Assembly: GCA_000002445.1 (NCBI GenBank)
Contig: CP000067.1
Span: forward strand, 928,001 to 992,000
Length of the DNA stretch: 64,000 nt
Direction: 5' to 3'
From: Trypanosoma brucei
Taxonomy: Eukaryota
Position 1 is the stretch's first letter. Every line of letters begins with the position of its first letter. The position numbers were made by a program, and so were the translations under genes. Below the pieces are notes generated by a model. The model saw only the letters and a program-made list of their open reading frames with translations. It was not told the origin of the DNA and ran no database searches. Positions 49,091-61,671 of the stretch are shown here, piece after piece.

Positions 49091-52000
49091 ATATTTATCC
49101 CTGGCTCGGGAGCCTGCACAATTAAGCTTTTCCCTTTTCAGTTTGGCGTGGAGTGTCCGCGGCGACGCATGCGCATACGTGGCACGTGCTTTTATAGAAC
49201 CCGACAGTTTACTCTGTGTCTTCCCTTCCTTTCACAACGCATTGCGTTATCATTTCTGATTTGAAAATACCATGCAATACCCCTGGCCGGGGGGGGGGGG
49301 GTTAATTCCTCTTTTGCATTCCGTGTATTCGAGAGGAGAGCAATTATTACCACCCAAATTGTTCCATTCGTAAATTTTGTTCGCAAATTATTGAAACTGA
49401 AAATAACTTCCTTAAAGTGTTCAGTGGCTCATAATCCCGCCCCACCATCGTTTTGCCAATTTTTTTCTTCTTTTCCGTTTTCTCCGCAGCAGGAGGGGAT
49501 AAGTAATCCCGGTCTTAAGCTAATTTCAGTACGGCCACATTTTGCATTTTTTTTTCCCCCTTCCCTCTTTTTTATTATGCGCCAGCGCTGCCAGTGGCAT
49601 GCTTGCTGGTGTGCATTGTTTCTTATTTCTACTTTACTACGGCGATGCGATTTTCCTTTTCCAGGAGGGGACCTTGGTGCACCCATGTGCGCAATGGCAT
49701 TGAATGTGGTATGCGTGCCAGTGAGTTTTCATGGGCTTGTTGTGTGTTGGAACGTGTGGCTTCCACCCACTGTGGATGTTTTACCGATTGATGAATCTCC
49801 TTAAAGCTCCCTCCTTTGGAACGTCTGCGTTTTTTTTTCTCTTGTCTTTCATCACCTAGTGATTTGCTTTTCTCTGTAAGGAAGATTAGCTGCTTCCATG
49901 CGTCGGCCCCCTCTTCCGCGTAGATACGGTTTGGCACGCCGGCTTGTCTGAGGAACCGGCGGGACCGGGCGGTTGCGGTTGCAGGGTGAGAGTTGTAACC
50001 GCAGCGCGCACCTTTTGGCAGCGAGAACCATCAGGCATTCGGGGTGCCGTTGGGCGACGGAACAGGTGACGTCGAAAGGGAAATAGAGGGAGGGGGTGGG
50101 TTGGCTGCTGTGCAAGCGGCGGGTGCATTGCCAGGTCCCTTTTTAAATGGGTATGTTAATAGCGTCGGCTTCCAGTCCATCCAACAGTGGGGCGGGCGCG
50201 GGAGTCGTGCGTGTTCGGGTGGAGCGGCTTGGGGAGAGGGGGGGGGGGGGAGGGACTGTGGACTGAATTACGTGGCTGAGGCGGCGGGCGTCGCGGAAAC
50301 AAGAGATCCATTAAGTTTGTATGGTGGGGGGGCAGGGCTCCCGGGAACTCCGACCATCCTCATGTGGGGTTGACTGGGCGGTGAAGTGTGAGGGGCTTTG
50401 GGCCTTAAACGGCAATTCCCGCGGAAGCCGGGCGATGAAATTGCCTTATGGAGAACTGGGTCGTTCAAAGGTGTCCGGTCCGAGGGATTGGGTTCTCACT
50501 TTTTTGTCGGACGCGTTCGAGCAAAGCTATCGCGAGAAAATTTTTGGGGCCATCGCCCCACATGGCGGCAAGCCACTTCCCCTCCCCCCAGATTCGCGTC
50601 AGTGCTGACGATGTCGCGCTTGAGAGTTCCTGACGTAACCGTGGTGCAAGGAGGTCAAAAAGCGTAGGAAAAGGAAGGACCGGGCTAGTGGATCACAAGG
50701 ACTTTTTTCTCCCCCCCACCCACCGGGATGCGGCCACCGAGCGAAATAATAATGTGTATTTTTTAAAAGTTGGGAACCATAAGCAAACACAGTGACCGGT
50801 AGGTTGGGGAGCGGACCTGGGCAGGCGAGTGTCGCTGGAGACCACAGCCCCGAGACTTGAGAGATGCAGGTTTCGCTTCTCGAATGCGACCCTCTTCGTG
50901 AAAAGTGCGCCTTTCGGTTATGGTCAAAACCGGCTTTGGCGAACCGAAAGGGGGGACGGGGGAGGGGGCCCAACTGTTTTAAAATTTGGAGCGGAAGTCC
51001 AAGGGCCGGAAGCTCTTCAGCGGGGTCCGATACATACAAAACTGTTATGGAACGCCCTTCTTTTCACGCACAGATATGTAGCGGATTTTCCTAAAATTTT
51101 CTCGACACTGAAACGGACTAAATGCCTTGCCGTCGCTTACTCCTGTTCCTATCCGTTGCGTGCAGGCCAGATTATGCTACAAGTTCTTATTATGAAGCAC
51201 GACGTCTAGGGGATAAATGACTGTCGCCGTATGTTTCATTTCGTTAGGTTTAGAGAAGTAGGAATCACGTGGTTCCTTACCACGCTTCTTTCGTGTCGTT
51301 CCCCCCTTTCCATTTTTCTTTTCCTTTTACTGGATTTGGGGTCCGGCCGTCCTTTCATTTGTCCATAATGATAACTTGAGGTGCATTACGAAAATAAGTT
51401 AATTCCACTTGACTGGCAGCCCACATAAAATAAGACCAAGCCATCTCACACGCCACACGGTATCTCAATTAACCTTATTTATTTTTATTATATTTTTAGA
51501 CCCGCTTCCCGCTCATTCGGTGCGTTACATATATTCTGGGAAGTGGGGGGAAGGGGTGCCCCTCCGTCGCTTTTCCCCTTTTTCCGTGTCCTTAGTTATT
51601 ACACTTTATCTTGTTTTGACGGGATGGCCTAAAACTTTTTTGGCGCCTTTCCCTTCCTTTTTTCCGTGAAGCAAACGGTATTACATTTTTTTTTTTTAAA
51701 TAGAAGCCTGCATTATGAATGGTTTTGGGCTTAGGAATGCGGAGTATTATTGTGCAAGGTTATCATTGTATAAATACGCTGGCCCTTTCAACACATTACA
51801 CAGCTGTTTTGCAAGAGGGTGAAAATTTTAGAAAGCCCACACAACCCAACCTTCTCCGCCCCGCCAGGGAGGCGGGTTAAAAACGCTTTCAGCACTTCCA
51901 TATCGTTAAACTATCGTTATAATTCATATTTTGTGTAGGATGATGAGGAAACCTTACTGTTTCTTCGGCATGATAATTATTTTTTATATCTTTCTTTTCA

Positions 52001-53585
52001 CCTCGTTTCATGACTTCCCCTTATCGTAGTCTCCACGTTTCCAGTTAATGTGAGTGAGCCGACGGAGGCATCGCTTTTTCGTGCCGTTTCGACTCCCGAG
52101 ATTTCGCCGTTGATGTTGGCAGCGAATAGGAATTTCCCCCGTGGATATTTTTGTGGCGGCACACGGAAATGTGTTCCCTCCACCTTTTCTTTTCTTTTTA
52201 TTGTTTTTTATTTTTATTCATTCCTCTCCCTTCTCTTCTTTACCTTCCCTTAATCGCCACACTCGGGGGTTCCACCGGCGATTTAAATCAAAGTTTTACT
52301 GCCGGCACGTTTGTGTTGAAAGCTCCGGGACCGTTTGGCAACTAAACATCCACGCCAGAATAAATATGCAACTTTGCCGCCCACTGGGGGTTAAAACATC
52401 TCTTTGTCTTAAAAAAAAAATAATGTGGGAACCCAATACACTCGTGGCTGCATTTGTTTGTTGTAATAAATGATAGCGGCACGAGATGTAAGGGATGAGT
52501 AGGGAAAGCAAAAAAAAAAAAAAAAGAAACAATCAAAAACAACAACAGCAGAATTTATGTAACGAAACATGATATGGTGAAGTCAAATGCTACGCAACAG
52601 CGCTCACATGTATGTATGCATATGTATGTGTGAGTTGTTTTCCCACTCTCCCTCATCTTCACTTTCTCTCCTAAGTGTACAAATATATATATATATATAT
52701 ATATTATATTATTTTTTGAGTACCAACTATGGCGGCCAAGTGCCAACAAAACAACAATAATAATAAAAAATAAAAATAAAAGAAAGTGTTTTTGGGAAAT
52801 TACTTTTTTTGTTTGTTTTTTCTTCACCTCCTCTGGTTGGGTTTGTGTCCAATAATTTCTGTTAAGAACGTGCTGCTTTTCCTCCCCATTGCCGCGTGAA
52901 GAGGATTCCGCATTCTTTTGTTTTTGTTTATCTGTTGGACTTCAATATTTCCCTCCTTTTTTCTTTTTTAAAGATTTTTTTTCTTCTTTAAAATCTCCTC
53001 CTTCTCCTCCTCAGTTTTTGTCCCCCCCCTTCCTTCGAGTGAGTTTTTGTCTGTCTTTTAATATAAATAAATAAACGAAAAAAAAAAGGTCTGATAATTA
53101 AATTGAAAATAAAACAAACAACCAAACAAACACACTTAAAAACATCAAAAAACAAAGGAAGGAAATAAGGACATCTTAACTGTTTGAGAGGCCCGAAGCA
53201 CCAAGTTGTAAGGGACACACACGCACACTCATATAATGTGAATAAATAAATAAATATATGTATATACATACATGTGCATATGCGCATGAAATTGTACATA
53301 TGACAGTACTTTCCCGTACCATTCCTCCGTTTCCTTGTTTCGGCAACTGCGCCCACCCAAACACCCAACGCCCACACGCACGCAAAATTATAATATTAAA
53401 AATAAAATACAAAAACAAAAACAAAAAAACAACATTGCATTTGACTTTCCAAAGTCCACGACATCTTTCACAACCACTTTTATTTTGGATCATAGGATGA
53501 GTTGTTGCACAGTGAAGAATTTGTATGTTGGAAAAATAACTTTCATATGTAGTAGTGCATTTCGGCATCAATAAATTCAGTCGTC

Positions 53586-54791
53586 TCATCCTTCACTTTG
53601 AATTTCGTTTCTTTTCTCTCCTGCCGCTTCCATTCCATACGGAGGCGCCACCTCCACGGCAACATTATCGCTTATTTCATATCCGAGCGTATGGGCACGT
53701 TTTCTGAACATATCCCTAAAATGCATTCCATCTTTTACGGGAGAATCACTAATCGAATTTGATGTTGACGATGATGATGTTGATGAAATGGAAGAAGTTT
53801 CTTCCCCATCCATTTGTTCTCGACTTTGTGCGTTGAGGTGTTCGCTGTGCATTTCCTCATCCTGGACTTCATCATTGTTATCTGCTGATTCGGACCGGCT
53901 CGATGTGTCGGGCTGCTGCTCTCGATATGGTTCGTTTATTGCGTTTGGAATTTCACAACGCAAGCGGTCCGCTATTCGTACGGCCTCCGCGAGTTCAAGT
54001 AAATATGATTTGCGGCACCTGAACTTTTGCACTTGGCCGAGTTCGTTAATTCCGTGAAGGAGCAGGAGGGGATCATCATCACTGTTGTTGCTGTTATTAT
54101 TATTATTATTAATAATATTAATATTATTGTTATTATTATCACTATTACCGTTGCTGCCCTCTCCTCGCTCCCGCTCGCTCCATTCGTCATATTTGTACTG
54201 TGGTGGGTAATTTTTTTGTGGTTCCGATGCGCCATCAGCTCTCATGCGTTTCTGTGGGCACATTCCCATAACTGTTGTGGAGTTGAATGTTTGAGGGAAG
54301 TTTCTTTTAACATATGATTGGTGAAAATGCGCTGACGGGTAATTTGCAGGGGATTCCCCCATGACGGGAGTTCCTGCCACCCACTTCACCATACCTTGTG
54401 ATGGATGTTGGGTGTGGAGGTTTTTTTTTGCAACACGAGGCGCAAAATTTAACTTTGTCCCATATGACCTTTTGCATTTATCCCAATATTTCTCATTTAT
54501 TCCTTCCATTCGTGTGACGGGTGCGTGTGGTGGCGCTGTTGTCGTTCGGAATTGAAGAGTTCCACCACCGTAATCGTTTCTTGAAACAAATCCCGTCACC
54601 GGTGCCGGAACATGTGGTGAAGTAATTCCTCTCCTTTGCGTCATGATGTCATGTAATTTTGGATGCATTGGACGTAATGGTTCAAATGAAGGTATATTTT
54701 GTGTTGGGTATCGAAATACGACATATTGAGGGACTGCTGGTGTCGGTTTACGCGCGGCGTTTGGTGCATTTCCACCCATGTTTCTTACCAT
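53586..54791 (-). CDS. Hypothetical low-complexity protein (401 aa) with poly-Asn and Ser-rich tracts
   Basis: The ORF is co-oriented with downstream minus-strand genes. It contains 'NNNNNINIINNNNNNSNNSDDD' and 'SSISSTSSSSTSNS' tracts and no catalytic motif. Confidence 0.4.
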   Translation of the reverse strand: MVRNMGGNAPNAARKPTPAVPQYVVFRYPTQNIPSFEPLRPMHPKLHDIMTQRRGITSPHVPAPVTGFVSRNDYGGGTLQFRTTTAPPHAPVTRMEGINEKYWDKCKRSYGTKLNFAPRVAKKNLHTQHPSQGMVKWVAGTPVMGESPANYPSAHFHQSYVKRNFPQTFNSTTVMGMCPQKRMRADGASEPQKNYPPQYKYDEWSERERGEGSNGNSDNNNNNINIINNNNNNSNNSDDDPLLLLHGINELGQVQKFRCRKSYLLELAEAVRIADRLRCEIPNAINEPYREQQPDTSSRSESADNNDEVQDEEMHSEHLNAQSREQMDGEETSSISSTSSSSTSNSISDSPVKDGMHFRDMFRKRAHTLGYEISDNVAVEVAPPYGMEAAGEKRNEIQSEG

Positions 54792-54799
54792 TGTCTATG

Positions 54800-57700
54800 T
54801 TTATGTCTTTCTTTTTTTTTTTTCTATTATTTTCTGCTCCTTTCTTTTATTTTCTTCTTTTTCAAAATTCTGCTGCTCAATCCTTTGCCGCGCTCCAGTC
54901 CCTTCTTTTGTGTGGGGATTCAGTTCGGTAAAGTTCAGTTCAGTTCAGTTCAGTAAAGTTCAGCGTTGATCTAAATTAGTTGATTTCTTTTCTTCTTTGC
55001 CAAATATATATATATATATATTTTCAGCTTTTCAACAGATCCCAGAGTTGAAATTCACTTTCCTCGAGCAACGTGAATGACGATGAGGGGTCCCTTCAAA
55101 AAATTTTTTCCTTTAGAAAAACCGCGTAATGTTAAACAACAACAATAATAATAATAATAGCTAACTAACTAACTGAAACTAAAAGTAAAATAAATATAAA
55201 AATATATTACTTGATTATGAGAGTGGGATGAAAAATGCCTACCTTTGTTTTTTTTTCCCTTTGATAAATAAATAAATATATATAATTATCTTTCTTTCTT
55301 GGTGTGTATATCTGCCTGCGGTATCACTGCTAAGCATTTTTTTTTGTGCCAAAAAAAAAAACAAAAAACAAAAAGGAAAGAGATCAAAAAGTAGAAACGA
55401 CAATAAATAAAGCAAATGAAAAGAAGAAAGGAGACATGCGCAACTATAATGAAGGAAAAAGGAATTAAAGAATTTTTTCTTTTGTTTGTTCATTCATGTC
55501 CAAAAGAAGGAAAGTAAAGAAAGAAAGTAAAGAAAGTAAAGAAGGAAAAAAAAAAAAGGGGCATCTCACGTCACTTTAAATATATTCATATTCATATATA
55601 AATATAAATATTAAACAAAAACAAAACGACAACACCAGCACGGCAATACAAATTTCCTCTTCCCATTGGAATAAACCGCACTCAATTGATCACCGATTTC
55701 AGCAACATCATATAACTTTTTTTTTTTGTTCCTTTTCGTTAATTTATTTACAAAATGCGGCCATTGCTTGAAATCGTATTGAGGGCAGTGACATTAAGAA
55801 GCGAAACGAAGGCAAATTTTGTTTCTTTTTTTTTTCTCGTTTTCTTTTTCTCCTAAAAGTGATAAAAAGAAAAAGAAAAAGAAAAATAAAAATAAAAAGG
55901 GCAAACACACTTTATAAGTTGTTTCACCCGCTAAATCAGAAACGTGCTTTACCGAATGTTTGGAAATATAAATATATGAAAACGCATATGTTTATGTGCT
56001 TGGGTGTTTGAGTGAGTTAACACCTACATATAAAAACGATACACAAAATAACCATCATAAATTTCTTTTTCTTTCTTTCTTCATTTTTCTTTCTTTCTTT
56101 TTAATATTTTCATTGACACTGTGGTGCTATTCCTATAAAAATAATACATAATAAATAATACATAATAAATAGACAAATATATTAACTTGAAAGTTAATTA
56201 TACCTAAAATGCAATACTCGCTTTGATGTGTTGGGAGGGATCACTTTCGTTTTGTTGATTAAATTAAATTGAATTAAATTAAATTAGATATTGTTTCGAG
56301 CGCGGAAGCGATACAAAAATACAAGGAAACCATCCGGATATGAAACGTAACAAAAATATAAATATCATTTTGAACTTGCGCGCATATTTGAAAGAAGAAG
56401 AAGAAGAAAAAAAAAAAAGAAAACTTCCCCCGCTTTCCTTTTCCCATCAACACAAAATATAAGAAGCAGTTGACGTTTATAAAATATCATTTATTTATTT
56501 ATTCATGCATGCATGCATGAGTTTATTTAATTTTTTTAAATTTTCAACACTAAAGTCGAGAAACCCAAAAAAAAAAAAACAACAACGACAACAACAAAAC
56601 AAAACAAAACAAAAAAAAAACAATTGAGTGAAGCAACTCGATTTCAGATGGGAAGGTGGAAGGGCAGGTGAGATTAAAAGGTTCCGAGAACCAAAAAAAA
56701 ACAACAACAAAAACAAACAAACAAAATGAACAGCAACAAAAATGAACAGACGAATACAAGAGAGAGAGAGAGAAAGAAAAAAAAATTGATGTTACAACAA
56801 TATTATTATTATTATTATTATCATTATTATTAATTGTGCGTATACGTACGGCTATCTACCGACTAAAATAATATATATATATAGATAGATAGATATTGAT
56901 TCATATTTATATATTTCCCCCCTTTCCCTTTTCTTCCACAAATCAAATACACACCAAATGCATTGTTGCGCTTTCAGTTTACAAATAAATAAATAAATAA
57001 ATTTTATTTACGTGCGAATTCACGCATTTATATTTATATTTGGATTTGCATTTGTGTGTGGAGCAAAAACCAAAACAATGTTCCTTTTTTTTCTTATTAT
57101 TCTTATTATCATTATGCCTCGCTCTTTCTCTTCGGACGCACATGTACTCACTCACTCACTCAGTTACTTACTTTTTATTTCTTTCTCTCTTTACAAAAAT
57201 ATAAATATATAAATAAATATAAATTAAAATATCTATTTTTTTCTTTCTTAATTTATTTTGATTTAAGAATTTATTTTCACCGAATGGCACTCAGCCGAGG
57301 ACAAACAAGACAATTAAAAGCAACACAAACAAACAAACAAAAAAAAACAAAAAAGAAACAAAGTGACTTGCGGGTATGGGCGGGTGGAGGGAAAAATAAA
57401 AGAGGAGGGGAATTATTTCGCTAAAACTTCTCCTGACGTTTAAAAAAAAAAAAAAGAAAACAACAACAAAAAAAAAACAACACCAAAGTGACGATTTCTG
57501 GCACCCGTATGAGTTGTGCGTTGCAAATGTCGATGGAATTTTTACAAGAGCAAAGAAAAAAAACAATGATATGTTCATATCCTTTATTGTTATCAATAAT
57601 ATCGAATAATATTAATAAATATTACTAAATATTATGAAAAAAAAAAGGATTTAAACTAAAACTAAAACAAAGGGAAAACAAACAAAAAGAAGTTAAAATA

Positions 57701-58600
57701 ATAAAATACTTTGAAATATAACCTTCGCAGCGGCGCATGGCAGCGAATTGCAAATGAAAGAAAGAGAAAGAAAGAGTGTGTGTGTATGGGAGACAGGGCC
57801 GCTCACTTCTATCTGCAGTTTGAATATAAATAAATAAATAAATATATATATATATATTTTCCCCTTTTTAATTTATTTTGAATTCTGTTATTTTAGTTAG
57901 TTTTTCTTTTTTTTTTTCGTTATTCTGATGGGTCGTCACCTGAAGCGATGACGATTACTCCCACACGCATACGTGACGAAAATATAAAAAAAATTGAATA
58001 TATATATATATATATTTTCTTTTTCCCTCTTTCTCAAATACGTGTATTTAATTGATTGATTAATTAATTAATTAAACGAGCGAGCGAGCGAATGAGCCAG
58101 TGTACTCATAGAGGGATGCCTGCACGGAACCCGTCTTTCCTCCCCTAATGTTATTATTTTTATTGTTATTATTATTTTTTTTTAAATAAAAAACAGAGGC
58201 AAAACAAAACCCGAAAAAAAAAAAGAAGAAAAGATTAAATAAATAGTAAAAATAAAAATAACACCCGTGCGCGCCCTCCCAAGTTTGCTACTTGAAATAT
58301 GTATCTACATTTGTTTTCAGTACTTTTGTTTTTGATTTTTTAAATAAAAATAACAAGTGATCCGTTGCCACTATTGAACCGTGCGCTGAGATAATATTTC
58401 GCGTGGGAACCACCTGTACACGCACACAAATACATGCATTAAGTATATAAAAGTATATAAAAATATGAATTTGTGTCTGTTTGTGTGTGCTTTTCGTTCC
58501 TTTCTTTTATTTTCTTTTGTTTTGTTTTGCTTCGTTTTTTTTCTTTGTTTTTTCCCTTTTCCTCTTTTTCACTCTCTCATACTTGAGTGATAGAGAGAAT
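54800..58600. repeat. Microsatellite-rich, extremely AT/pyrimidine-rich intergenic region
   Basis: Simple-sequence runs include (TA)n at 55005 and 57840-58010, (GTTCA)n at 54920, (AATTA/AATTG)n at 56260, (ATGC)n at 56500, (GA)n at 56760 and (ATT)n at 56800. There are also (TAGA)n at 56880, (AAAT)n at 56985 and 57830, (CTCA)n at 57140, (GAGC)n at 58080, and long A/T homopolymers. Confidence 0.8.
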
Positions 58601-58611
58601 ATTCCATCACA

Positions 58612-60069
58612 CTATTTACAGCCGGAAACCAAAGCTTTTGTACGTTCACTCACTTGCCTCCATTCACAGTCAATTGGCACATTACCTTTCAACCGCTCCT
58701 GTGGAACAGCCTCCAATGCGGTGGAAAAGGCAAATGCCGCTTCGATAATTTTCTCCACCGCGCTCAAAACTTTTCCCGCGCGGTCATCTTTCCCAAGGGA
58801 AAGTTTTACATCAAGTTCCGCATTAGATTGCATTGCCCTCAAACTATAGAGAAAAGGATAAACCTTCCGTCTGCGATTACCTACAAATAAATATTCGTGA
58901 ACATTTTGAATGTGCCGACAGACCGTTTGTGAGCTACACGAGCAGCAATCCTGCAGTTTGTGTCCACCCCTCGATGCAAGAACCTTTCCAAAGTCAACCA
59001 AATGGACAACCGTTGGATCGGTTTGAGATACGACTTCAATAATGGTGGAGAGCTTGTCCTTATGCCGAAGATGTTTCGTGAAGGAAGCACAACTGTCAAT
59101 ACCTCCCAGCATTTCATGTGATGTGCGTATCACAGCCGTCGCTCCACGAAGTTTTGTTATTGCAGTGAGGCTCCGTATTTCTTCTATGCTTTCACCCAAA
59201 TGTTTATCTGGTTGATCATCTGTTATCCATGGGTGATTAAGCAGCTCGCGGGCTGAGGGCCTCTTTGCGGGGTCTCGTGTCAAGCAGCTGCGAATAAACG
59301 ATTTCCCCATGAGGGAAATGGTGTTCCATATGGGCCCACCAAAGCTCCATTTTCCATCAACGATGCGACGGAATATTTCGCGATGTGTGGCACCATAAAA
59401 CGGCATCTTTCCAGAAAGGAGAACAAATGTAATAACCCCTAACGACCATACATCGCATTTGTTGTCATACGTCCCCTTCACTGTGCCATAATAACCCACC
59501 TTAACAACCTCCGGTGCGATATATTTAGCGGTGCCGCAGCAGGCCTTACCGGGCCCGGTGCTCGCCAATCCAAAATCTGAAATGCACACGTCAGACAACC
59601 ACGAGGTGTCGTCACTATCGCGTTGGGGTCGAAGAAGAAGATTTTCCGGTTTCAGATCACGATGTATAATCCCTCGGGAATGGATATGAACTAAACCAGA
59701 AAGTACATTACGCACCAGATCAGCAGCGATCTTCTCATCGTAATGGCTAAGCTCTGCAATCCGGTCAAATACCATACCGCCACTAAGGAGATCCATAACA
59801 ATGTAAATGCTCTCTCTGGTCTCGAAGTAATCCACAAGCCGAGCAACATGCGGGTGGTTGCCGATTTGTTTCATAATGTGCACCTCCAAACTCACGCTCT
59901 GAATATCATTCGGAAGTGTCATGTTCTTGTCAACAATCTTCACAGCATACGACTCCTTAGTTATACGGTTCACACATTTGTACACCAGCGCAAACGTTCC
60001 TTTACCGATCGGAGTCCTGTCAGTCAAGTGGTACTTCCGGTAGAAGGCACTTTCTGTTGTGTATGACAT
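58612..60069 (-). CDS. Ser/Thr protein kinase (CAMK-like) with long C-terminal extension
   Basis: The likely start is 'MSYTTESAFYRKYHLTDRTPIGKGTFALVY' (the ORF track extends to 60165). Kinase motifs are present: Gly-loop 'GKGTFA', 'AVKIVDK', 'HRDLKPENLLL', 'DFGLA', 'APE' and 'DVWSLGVI'. The kinase domain is followed by a roughly 200-aa tail. Confidence 0.8.
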   Translation of the reverse strand: MSYTTESAFYRKYHLTDRTPIGKGTFALVYKCVNRITKESYAVKIVDKNMTLPNDIQSVSLEVHIMKQIGNHPHVARLVDYFETRESIYIVMDLLSGGMVFDRIAELSHYDEKIAADLVRNVLSGLVHIHSRGIIHRDLKPENLLLRPQRDSDDTSWLSDVCISDFGLASTGPGKACCGTAKYIAPEVVKVGYYGTVKGTYDNKCDVWSLGVITFVLLSGKMPFYGATHREIFRRIVDGKWSFGGPIWNTISLMGKSFIRSCLTRDPAKRPSARELLNHPWITDDQPDKHLGESIEEIRSLTAITKLRGATAVIRTSHEMLGGIDSCASFTKHLRHKDKLSTIIEVVSQTDPTVVHLVDFGKVLASRGGHKLQDCCSCSSQTVCRHIQNVHEYLFVGNRRRKVYPFLYSLRAMQSNAELDVKLSLGKDDRAGKVLSAVEKIIEAAFAFSTALEAVPQERLKGNVPIDCEWRQVSERTKALVSGCK

Positions 60070-60295
60070 TTCTGCGTTTCTCCTTCTTTTGTTTGTTGTG
60101 AGAGTGATATATGAATATGTAAGTAACAGACAAATAGACAAGCAAGTAAGCGACCAAACAAACAAACAAATATATATATATATATATTATGGTCTCCCTT
60201 TACGGTAAAAGTGTCACGTTTCTGTCACCGCCTTACGCGTGTCTATATGACTTAAGCCCAAGTGCCCCTTTTAAATAAAATGAATGAAGCGGAAG

Positions 60296-60345
60296 AAGGA
60301 AGGAGGGAAAAAAGATAATAATAATAATAATAGAAATAAGGTGCT
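60296..60345 (-). promoter_or_regulatory. Polypyrimidine tract (minus strand) upstream of the kinase gene: candidate trans-splice signal
   Basis: The plus strand is purine-rich here: 'aggaaggagggaaaaaagataataataataataatagaaataag'. This gives a long polyY run on the coding strand 130-230 nt upstream of the kinase ATG. Confidence 0.35.
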
Positions 60346-61011
60346 TGAGTAAAGGGAGAACAGCAGCACCGCCAACGAAGTACATGCCAAACTCCCTCCC
60401 TCTAAATACGCATATTTTAAAGAATCGAAGGAGAAAAAAAAACAAACACAACAACTCCTTCTCTTGTCTCCGTTATTTTTGTTACTATCGCCGTTATATC
60501 TTGCCACTGCCTCCGTTCGGTGTGTCGTTCTTGGAGACAATACGCATGTGTAAAGACATCAATCACACACACTTTGCATTCTTTAGAACTCTTCCTCTTC
60601 CTCCTTTTTTTTTTCTTCTTCACTACTCAGTGGGCACAATAAGTGATTTTACATTCCAATCGCAGAGTCAGATACTGCAGAACCCTCCGATATTTCTTCA
60701 ATAGTGAGTCAGATCCAACAATACCACCATAATTCAAACAAAAAAAAAGAAGAAATGGAAGCAAATGTAGCATTTAATATATATATACACTTCAAATGAC
60801 CCGGAATAAATCTCATGCAAGCATTGAAGCAACAATAAAGTTATTATGAAAAGCGCAGAGAAGGAAACGCACTGCAAGCACATTTGCTTAACCCTTCTCC
60901 TTCCCGCACTGCTACGATAATCACTACACTTAAATGTGCATGCAAATAAACTACAATACGATTGAATATGCGTGTGACATATGCTGATTCATGCCGAAGC
61001 GAATTGGTTCA

Positions 61012-61419
61012 TCAACTTTCATCGATACCTTTTGAAAGGCGACGGAAGTGCGGCATTGGCGTTGCTCTTTCTTTCAATTCTTTAGGAATGGGACGTCCCT
61101 CCCACACCGTTGGTAATTCACCCGGACGCATGTTTTTAAGATAAGGCACCGCATAAGTCCCCAACCATGACCAAAACACCATAAATGCTATAAAGAATTT
61201 CCACGGGTATTCCTGCAGTTTCTTTAGACGACTACGCCACGGGAGCATTCGGTTGCGCTCCGCTTCTTCTCTATCACGGCGAAGGGATTCCATAAGATCA
61301 AACCGCTCTTTTCCAAGCTTTGCACTACTGACGGCATGATGCGTCGCGCGGCGGGGAAATTTGTGATGCCCCACACCTTTATTGCTTTGAAGCCTAATGA
61401 AAAAACGGTTTCTAAACAT
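61012..61419 (-). CDS. Small hypothetical protein with one TM helix (about 136 aa from an internal Met; ORF extends to 61593)
   Basis: 'MFRNRFFIRLQSNKGVGHHKFPRR...WKFFIAFMVFWSWLGTYAVPYL...' has a basic N-terminus and a single hydrophobic helix. It is reminiscent of small mitochondrial membrane subunits. The orientation is consistent with the block. Confidence 0.35.
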   Translation of the reverse strand: MFRNRFFIRLQSNKGVGHHKFPRRATHHAVSSAKLGKERFDLMESLRRDREEAERNRMLPWRSRLKKLQEYPWKFFIAFMVFWSWLGTYAVPYLKNMRPGELPTVWEGRPIPKELKERATPMPHFRRLSKGIDES

Positions 61420-61638
61420 AATAACAAAACGGGGCTCTTTGGATTCGGAAATAATCACGTGGGGAGGAGGTGCGGTTACATATATCGGTGCGTGAAGTTG
61501 TCCATGTAACACAACGCGCAAGTACAAAGCGGTCACCCGCGACGCATGAAATACGCCTCTGCAGCATACGCACCGTACCCGCGTATATGTCAATGATTAT
61601 ATTATATAGACTTCATGCTTACTATATACATATATATA

Positions 61639-61671
<33 letters not shown>

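Noticed and set aside
50599-51209. ORFs of 146 aa (-) and 126 aa (+) in the GC-rich convergent region
   Set aside because: GC-rich DNA yields long random ORFs. There are no motifs, the ORFs overlap each other, and they sit where two transcription units converge.
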